A stretch of 24,000 nt of DNA from assembly GCF_016908375.1 (NCBI RefSeq), contig NZ_JAFBDS010000001.1:381142-405141 (forward strand), given 5' to 3'. The position numbers were made by a program, and so were the translations under genes. This document shows positions 14,819 through 24,000 of this stretch, in pieces; within the stretch, counting starts at the first letter, position 1, and the number at the start of each line of letters is the position of its first letter. The notes beneath the pieces are model-generated. The model was given only the letters and a program-made list of their open reading frames with translations. It was not told the origin of the DNA and did not search any database. Source of the DNA: Amphibacillus cookii (GTDB lineage: Bacteria; Bacillota; Bacilli; Bacillales; Amphibacillaceae).

Positions 14819-14952
14819 GTTGATTGGAGAGGAAGGCATTCGACTCCTGCGGGAAAAGCGAAGACGATGAGACCCCACAGTGAGCGTTCTGTGCGAACGA
14901 GGAGGCTCAGCGCGAGCCCGCGGAAAGCGAAATGCCTGGATCGCAAATCAAC
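14819..14952. repeat. GC-rich palindromic intergenic element (134 bp)
   Basis: Outer inverted ends GTTGATT..AGGCATT and AATGCCT..AATCAAC. Internal direct repeats CTGCGGGAAAAGCGAA / CCGCGGAAAGCGAA and hairpin GGCTC-AGCGC-GAGCC. GC content is visibly above the flanks. Both strands give ORF-track artefacts (..TPAGKAKTMRPHSERSVRTRRLSASPRKAKCLDRKSTA..). Confidence 0.7.
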
Positions 14953-15397
14953 AGCCACTTTTAACAGCGTAATATTAAAAAAAAAGCAATAAAGTGGTTT
15001 TTACTAATCATGCACCGAATTGGAAAATAATATAATTTTGTGTAAAAATTATTCACTCTAGACTTGCTTTTTCTGTAATTGATCCTTAGCTTGACGGCTA
15101 TGGGGATGGGTTTCAGCTAACTTGAGTCGCACACTCCTCAAGTGGATCTTCAGCTCATGCTATTCCCGAAGAAGTCTCACCCCTTGCTCTTATCTCCACA
15201 TAGACTGAGGGTTCATACTGAATGCGTAAGCCCAACCGCACGAAATAAAGTGAAGAAGATGTGACACGACTAGAAATAAGAAGTTTCTTATTCTGAGCCC
15301 CGCCCACTCACTAAAGGAAGGATAATGCGGATTTATAAAATTTTAGTAACAGAAACACATAGAACGCAATTACTTTAAGTGAATTACCATGATTCAA

Positions 15398-15542
15398 CAA
15401 CGGTAGTCTTCAATTCGTGGAGGTTTTCGTCATTCTCCCGCTGATTGGTCGTTGAGTGAATCCGGACATGAGCGTCCGTTAACTCCCGCTTAAGTGGGTG
15501 AATTCTACGCTCTATTTTGTTACAGACAGTTATCTGTGATAA
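15398..15542 (-). repeat. Composite structured repeat, copy E (inverted orientation, compact, no hairpin array)
   Basis: Reverse complement TTATCACAGATAACTGTCTGTAAC-AAAATAGAGCGTAGAATTCACCCACTTAAGCGGGAGTTAACGGACGCTCATGTCCGGATTCACTCAACGACCAATCAGCGGGAGAATGACGAAAACCTCCACGAATTGAAGACTACCG aligns with copies A-D. It lacks the C-rich segment and all internal units, as if deleted between CGCCAC repeats. Confidence 0.7.
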
Positions 15543-15715
15543 AAAACAGATTTAGACATAATCTTTGACGATAAAGGGTATGGTAAAGAGAAACGAAATT
15601 AAATGCTATAAAATGATAGCTATACTAAATTATGTTACGATCTATATAAGGGATGTTATCAAGAGCTTAGCTTTTGATAAGGTAGCCTTTCATTTTTACA
15701 GAAGGGGTGTTTAGC

Positions 15716-16669
15716 ATGACAATTGGTTACACAAAAACACGAAAAGTTGTAATTGTAGGTACAGGCTTTGTTGGATCTAGCTATGCATATTCCTTATTAA
15801 ATCAAGGAATAGTAAATGAAATCGTGTTAATTGACCTTGATTACAAGCGAGCAGATGGTGAGGCGCGTGACCTTAATCATGGTATGCCGTTTGGTTCGCC
15901 TATGCGTATTAGAGCAGGTGAATATGAGGAGTGTTCTGATGCAGATCTTGTTGTGATAACGGCTGGTGCAAACCAAAAACCTGGGGAAACACGACTCGAC
16001 CTAGCTTCGAAAAACGCAAAGATTATGAAGGGGATTGTCGAACAAATTATGGAGGCGGGTTTCAAGGGTATTCTCGTTGTAGCCTCTAATCCTGTTGATG
16101 TGTTAACACAAGTCGCTTATGATGTGTCAGGACTTTCAAAAGAGCGTGTGATTGGCTCTGGTACAATATTAGATACAGCACGTTTTCGTTATTTATTAAG
16201 TGAGTATTTTCAAGTGGATTCTAGAAATGTTCACGCCTATATTATCGGAGAACATGGCGATTCAGAATTGCCGGTTTGGAGTCATGTCCAAGTAGGTGGA
16301 CTTCCATTAAATGTATATGGTCGAATTGAAAATTATTATGAAGACCGTGATATGCAAGAGATCTTTGAAAATGTAAGAGATGCCGCTTATCATATTATAG
16401 AACGTAAAGGTGCGACCTATTACGGGATAGGGATGGGTTTAGCAAGACTAACCAAAGCATTGTTATACAATGAGAACTCTATTTTAACGGTGTCAACCTA
16501 CTTTGAAGGAGAATATGGACTAGACGGGGTATATTTAGGCATCCCAGCTGTTGTTAACGAATTTGGTGTTAGAGAAATATTACGACTTAATTTATCAGAT
16601 CGCGAACAAAAGCAACTCGAAGAATCTTCTAGCATATTAAAGAAAATGGTAGAAGACATTGAATACTAG
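15716..16669 (+). CDS. ldh: L-lactate dehydrogenase
   Basis: Track ORF trimmed to ATG 15716 (GAAGGGG SD 8 nt upstream). NAD-binding [12 protein letters not shown], and GEHGDSE containing the catalytic His, plus [12 protein letters not shown]. 317 aa. Confidence 0.93.
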   Translation: MTIGYTKTRKVVIVGTGFVGSSYAYSLLNQGIVNEIVLIDLDYKRADGEARDLNHGMPFGSPMRIRAGEYEECSDADLVVITAGANQKPGETRLDLASKNAKIMKGIVEQIMEAGFKGILVVASNPVDVLTQVAYDVSGLSKERVIGSGTILDTARFRYLLSEYFQVDSRNVHAYIIGEHGDSELPVWSHVQVGGLPLNVYGRIENYYEDRDMQEIFENVRDAAYHIIERKGATYYGIGMGLARLTKALLYNENSILTVSTYFEGEYGLDGVYLGIPAVVNEFGVREILRLNLSDREQKQLEESSSILKKMVEDIEY

Positions 16670-16675
16670 CTATGG

Positions 16676-16705
16676 GGACAGGCTGCACAATAGATGCAGC
16701 CTGCC
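16676..16705 (+). terminator. Hairpin after ldh (terminator-like, no U-tract)
   Basis: CAGGCTGCA-CAATAGA-TGCAGCCTG, a 9-bp GC-rich stem (11 bp with a bulge) 7 nt after the stop, followed by CGTGTAAAAAAG rather than a T-run. Confidence 0.45.
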
Positions 16706-16722
16706 GTGTAAAAAAGAAATAC

Positions 16723-16751
16723 TTGAGCAATGCTTATTGATCTGCTACAAT
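16723..16751 (+). promoter_or_regulatory. Sigma-A promoter of the cggR-gapA operon
   Basis: TTGAGC (16723-16728), 17-nt spacer, TACAAT (16746-16751). Confidence 0.55.
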
Positions 16752-16779
16752 TACTGTGTTGGAATTTTTTTATTGTATG

Positions 16780-16820
16780 TGGGACAAAAAACGTTCTTCC
16801 GGGACGAAAATCACCCCGTT
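16780..16820 (+). promoter_or_regulatory. Candidate CggR operator (tandem GGGAC repeats, 20-nt period)
   Basis: TGGGAC-aaaaaa-CGTT-cttc-CGGGAC-gaaaat-CACC has the spacing of the recalled B. subtilis operator CGGGAC-N6-TGTC-N4-CGGGAC-N6-TGTC. The GGGAC cores at 16781 and 16801 are conserved; the TGTC halves are not. Lies between the promoter and cggR. Confidence 0.5.
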
Positions 16821-16845
16821 GATAAAAGAGTGAGGGAGGCAAAGC

Positions 16846-17874
16846 ATGCCGACGCTAATTGATTTGCAAAAATTACTATGCCCCGATCTACTTGAAGTCA
16901 TGCTAAGACGTTACCAAATCCTACACACAATACAACTGCTAGAGCCGATTGGGAGACGTAGCTTATCAGAACAAATTGATTTGAAAGAACGTGTTGTTCG
17001 TAGTGAATTAGACTATTTAACACAACAAGGTATGCTGGTTGTTAGTACAAAAGGTGTTTCTTTAACCGCAACGGGTAGAGAAATTATGATGGAATTAACA
17101 TCATACGTTGAAGAAATTAACGATTTCCGTGTATTAGAAAATCAAATCAAGCAGACATTAAACCTTGATCATGTTATAATTACTCCCGGGGACAGCGATA
17201 AGCAAGAATGGGTTAAACATGATTTAGGGCGTAGAGCGATAGATTTCTTACAATCGCGTCTTACCCCACATGCAACCGTTGCTGTAACAGGCGGAACATC
17301 AATGGCAGCTGCAGCTATGATGATGAAACCTATGGTCAAGACGGTGAATTGCATGTTTGTTCCGGCTAGAGGTGGTTTAGGAGAGCGCGTTGAGAATCAG
17401 GCGAACACGATTTGTGCTGAGATGGCTAAGAAAGTACATGGCGATTACCGACTGCTTTATGTGCCAGACCCTTTGAGTGAAGAAACCTATCATTCAATTA
17501 TTCAAGAGCCTGGTGTTAAGGAAATTTTACATATCATTAGACAAGCAGATATTGTCATGCACGGCATTGGTGATGCAATAACAATGGCCAAACGTCGCAA
17601 AGCGACCAATGATGTTTTAGCAAAGTTACAATCGGGTAAAGCAGTAAGTGAGGCTTTTGGCTATTATTTTGATCGATATGGCCAAGTGGTCTATAAAGTT
17701 CGAACCGTAGGTATGCAATTGGAAGATTTGTCAAAGATAAGAACAGTAATTGCGATAGCTGGTGGGGAATCTAAGGCTAAAGCAATTGATTCCTATTTTA
17801 GACAAGGAAAAAGTAATGTCCTCATTACTGATGAGGCTGCAGCAAAAGCGTTAATAAAGGGATTTTCCCTTTAA
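16846..17874 (+). CDS. cggR: Central glycolytic genes regulator (SorC/DeoR-type)
   Basis: 342 aa. N-terminal winged-helix region and a C-terminal SorC sugar-phosphate-binding domain (VAVTGGTSM, VPARGG, IAIAGG). Located immediately upstream of gapA. GAGGGAGG SD. Confidence 0.9.
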   Translation: MPTLIDLQKLLCPDLLEVMLRRYQILHTIQLLEPIGRRSLSEQIDLKERVVRSELDYLTQQGMLVVSTKGVSLTATGREIMMELTSYVEEINDFRVLENQIKQTLNLDHVIITPGDSDKQEWVKHDLGRRAIDFLQSRLTPHATVAVTGGTSMAAAAMMMKPMVKTVNCMFVPARGGLGERVENQANTICAEMAKKVHGDYRLLYVPDPLSEETYHSIIQEPGVKEILHIIRQADIVMHGIGDAITMAKRRKATNDVLAKLQSGKAVSEAFGYYFDRYGQVVYKVRTVGMQLEDLSKIRTVIAIAGGESKAKAIDSYFRQGKSNVLITDEAAAKALIKGFSL

Positions 17875-17907
17875 ATAAATTTATGTAAACATAAGGAGGA
17901 AACAAGA

Positions 17908-18909
17908 ATGACTGTAAAAGTAGGTATTAATGGTTTTGGTCGTATTGGCCGCTTGGCTTTCCGTCGTATTCAAGAAGTAGAAGGGATTGAAGTAGTAGCG
18001 GTTAACGATTTAACTGATGCTAACATGCTCGCTCATTTGCTTAAATATGATACTACACAAGGACCTTTTAAAGGTGATGTTGATGTAAAAGATGGTTACT
18101 TTACTGTTAACGGTAAAGATGTAAAAATCCTTTCAAACCGTAACCCTGAAGAATTACCATGGGGAGACTTAGGTGTAGAAATCGTATTAGAATGTACTGG
18201 TTTCTTTGCTTCTAAAGAAAAAGCTGAGCTTCACCTTAAAGGTGGCGCGAAACGTGTCGTAATCTCTGCTCCAGGTGGTAATGATGTACCAACAGTTGTT
18301 TACAATGTAAACCATGACATTTTAACAGGTGAAGAAACAGTAATTTCTGGTGCTTCTTGTACCACTAACTGTTTAGCTCCTATGGCTAACGTTCTTCATA
18401 AAGACTTTGGTATTGTTGAAGGTCTTATGACAACTATCCATGCCTTTACTGGTGACCAAAATACATTAGATGCACCACACCCTAAAGGTGACTATCGTCG
18501 TGCGCGTGCTGCATCTCAAAATATCATTCCTAATACTACGGGTGCTGCTAAAGCAATTGGTCTTGTTATCCCTGAATTAAATGGAAAATTAGATGGTGCT
18601 GCACAACGTGTTCCTGTTGCTACAGGTTCATTAACTGAATTAGTAACCGTCTTAGATAAAGAAGTAACTGCTGATGAAGTTAATGCAGCAATGAAAAAAG
18701 CAGCGGACGAATCTTACGGGTATACTGAAGATCAAATCGTTTCTTCAGATATTATCGGTATGACTTATGGTTCGCTATTTGATGCTACACAAACTAAAGT
18801 AATGAGTGTAGATGGTAAACAATTAGTGAAAACTGTTTCTTGGTATGATAACGAAATGTCTTACACTGCACAGCTTGTGCGCACACTAGAATACTTTGCT
18901 AAATTATAA
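17908..18909 (+). CDS. gapA: Glyceraldehyde-3-phosphate dehydrogenase (glycolytic)
   Basis: 333 aa. [12 protein letters not shown]-binding motif, active site [14 protein letters not shown] near the C-terminus. AAGGAGGA SD. Confidence 0.97.
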   Translation: MTVKVGINGFGRIGRLAFRRIQEVEGIEVVAVNDLTDANMLAHLLKYDTTQGPFKGDVDVKDGYFTVNGKDVKILSNRNPEELPWGDLGVEIVLECTGFFASKEKAELHLKGGAKRVVISAPGGNDVPTVVYNVNHDILTGEETVISGASCTTNCLAPMANVLHKDFGIVEGLMTTIHAFTGDQNTLDAPHPKGDYRRARAASQNIIPNTTGAAKAIGLVIPELNGKLDGAAQRVPVATGSLTELVTVLDKEVTADEVNAAMKKAADESYGYTEDQIVSSDIIGMTYGSLFDATQTKVMSVDGKQLVKTVSWYDNEMSYTAQLVRTLEYFAKL

Positions 18910-18950
18910 TTCAACATTATAATTAGTTAAATCTGATAGTAATAACAGTC

Positions 18951-18987
18951 AAGCGGGAAGCGATCGCGCTTCCCGCTTGTTGTTTTT
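18951..18987 (+). terminator. Stem-loop/terminator between gapA and pgk
   Basis: AAGCGGGAAGCG-ATCG-CGCTTCCCGCTT, a perfect 12-bp GC-rich stem, then GTTGTTTTT. Likely a partial terminator or 3' stabiliser separating cggR-gapA from the distal genes. Confidence 0.75.
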
Positions 18988-19013
18988 AAATTTATCTAAT
19001 GGAGGATTATGAA

Positions 19014-20204
19014 ATGGCGAAAAAAGTTGTAACTGATTTAGATGTAACAGGAAAAAAAGTACTTGTACGTGCAGACTTTAATGTCCCGATGAAAGATGGA
19101 AATATTACCAATGATGATCGTATTGTTCAGGCCCTTCCAACCATTAAACATTTAATTTCTGAAGGGGCTAAAGTTATTCTTTTCTCACACTTAGGCCGTG
19201 TGGCTGAAGAAGCAGATAAGGAAGGCAAATCATTAAAACCTGTTGCCGATCGTTTAGGTGAATTATTAGCTCAAGATGTCACATTTGTTAGTGAAACAAG
19301 AGGAGCAAAACTTGAAAGCGCGATTGACAATTTAGCCAATGGCGATGTTTTAATGTTTGAAAACACGCGTTTTGAAGACATCGACGGTAAAAAAGAAAGC
19401 AAAAATGATCCTGAATTAGGGAAGTACTGGGCAAGCCTTGGCGATTTATTTGTTAACGATGCGTTTGGTACAGCCCACCGTGCACATGCTTCTAATGTTG
19501 GAATAGCGTCTAATTTAGAATCAGCTGCAGGTTTTCTCATGGAGAAAGAAATTAAATTCATTGGAGAATCCGTTGATAATCCTACACGCCCATTTGTAGC
19601 GATATTGGGTGGGGCTAAAGTAAGTGATAAAATCGGTGTTATTGAAAACCTCCTTGAAAAAGCTGATAAGGTAATTATTGGTGGAGGTATGTCTTATACT
19701 TTCTTCAAAGCACAAGGAAAAGAAATTGGAACATCACTACTTGAAGCTGACAAAGTAGATTTAGCCAAAACGTTATTAGAGCGAGCAGGCGGTAAGATTG
19801 TTTTACCTGTAGATGCAATGATTAATAAAGAATTCTCTAATGACGGTGACATTAAAGCTGTTTCAGTAGATGAAATTCCAGCAGACCAAATGGGATTAGA
19901 CATTGGTCCAGAATCGATTAAGCAATTTGAACAGGAATTAACAGGTGCAAAAACAGTCGTTTGGAACGGGCCTATGGGTGTGTTTGAAATGTCTAATTTT
20001 GCCAAAGGAACAATCGGTGTTTGTGAATCCATTGCTAATTTAGATGATGCAACAACGATTATTGGTGGTGGTGACTCAGCTGCTGCTGCCATGCAACTAG
20101 GTTTTGCGGAAAAATTCTCACATATTTCTACTGGTGGTGGGGCATCATTAGAATATTTAGAAGGTAAAGAGTTACCTGGACTAGCAGCGATTAGTAACAA
20201 ATAA
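19014..20204 (+). CDS. pgk: Phosphoglycerate kinase
   Basis: Track ORF trimmed to MAKKVV... (GGAGGA SD 7 nt upstream). [22 protein letters not shown] and GGGDS motifs. Confidence 0.95.
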   Translation: MAKKVVTDLDVTGKKVLVRADFNVPMKDGNITNDDRIVQALPTIKHLISEGAKVILFSHLGRVAEEADKEGKSLKPVADRLGELLAQDVTFVSETRGAKLESAIDNLANGDVLMFENTRFEDIDGKKESKNDPELGKYWASLGDLFVNDAFGTAHRAHASNVGIASNLESAAGFLMEKEIKFIGESVDNPTRPFVAILGGAKVSDKIGVIENLLEKADKVIIGGGMSYTFFKAQGKEIGTSLLEADKVDLAKTLLERAGGKIVLPVDAMINKEFSNDGDIKAVSVDEIPADQMGLDIGPESIKQFEQELTGAKTVVWNGPMGVFEMSNFAKGTIGVCESIANLDDATTIIGGGDSAAAAMQLGFAEKFSHISTGGGASLEYLEGKELPGLAAISNK

Positions 20205-20285
20205 TCCCCAAAACATGAATGAATTTGTATGTTTTAATTAAAATATTTATGCGTTCTTAACTAAGACGTCTAATATTTTTAATAA

Positions 20286-22600
<2,315 letters not shown>

Positions 22601-22622
22601 TAATTTATTTTAAATAAAATGA

Positions 22623-23933
<1,311 letters not shown>

Positions 23934-24000
23934 GTTATAGACGTGAAAAAGTCTAATTGATCATTTATGATTTTCTCTGAATGAATGCTAGACAAACATA

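Noticed and set aside
14737-14992. Two overlapping track ORFs (73 aa on -, 80 aa on +).
   Set aside because: They are mirror-image translations of the GC-rich palindromic repeat, with no SD and Arg/Ser/Pro-rich low complexity.
15050-15140. A group II intron 5' end on the - strand (GTGCG at ~15130-15134).
   Set aside because: Only the pentamer matches. No domain V/VI consensus, reverse-transcriptase ORF or recognisable domain I pairing is nearby.
16659-16862. 67-aa + strand ORF between ldh and cggR.
   Set aside because: It spans the ldh hairpin, the cggR promoter and the GGGAC operator repeats. It has no SD and overlaps both neighbouring genes' ends.
19271-20200. Three - strand ORFs inside pgk. 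Similar shadow ORFs occur in azlD (118-327), msmX (5039-5221), the PAP2 gene (11399-11638), mgtE (12978-13379), ldh (15877-16065), cggR (17169-17354), tpiA (20279-20491), gpmI (21515-21719) and eno (23254-23925).
   Set aside because: All lie wholly within or antisense to strongly supported conserved genes, and lack SD sequences and recognisable motifs.

Overview
AT-rich Bacillaceae-type (Bacillales) chromosomal segment, mostly core housekeeping genes. In order: azlC tail and azlD, a CDF metal transporter, an IDEAL-domain protein, a VanY/LdcB-like carboxypeptidase lipoprotein, fumC, an alpha/beta SASP, msmX plus a PucR-type regulator, a lone tRNA-Arg(CCG), clpP with a CtsR box, a yheA-like gene, two tiny paralogous ORFs, a Csp3-like Cys-rich protein, a PAP2 phosphatase, an M-box riboswitch with mgtE, a 5'-truncated IS4-family transposase remnant, ldh, and a complete cggR-gapA-pgk-tpiA-gpmI-eno operon. 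I found no novel protein-coding system: no defense, toxin-antitoxin, CRISPR-Cas or secretion genes. The signal the genes do not explain is non-coding. A composite repeat occurs at least five times in about 14 kb (1346, 7052, 7672, 9431 on +; 15542 on -), always in intergenic regions that contain promoters. It has a conserved ~105-nt 5' module: a TTATC-N3-GATAA palindrome, two GATAAC boxes ~60 nt apart, and an invariant AAAATAGAGARCAGAG core. Three copies add a long-range closing helix around a variable array of short hairpins with GUCCU/AUCCU loops. From memory these loops match the orphan Bacillaceae-1 RNA motif. The substitutions I traced in the helices between copies mostly keep pairing through G-U wobbles that work only on one strand, which points to a transcribed structured RNA. 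Two copies bracket the tRNA-Arg gene, and one ends exactly at the clpP CtsR operator. Secondary observations are a GC-rich 134-bp palindromic element beside the IS remnant, twin HEFA-motif micro-ORFs, a possible orphan sRNA, and a uORF in the mgtE leader. All family assignments come from motif recognition by eye; no searches were run.
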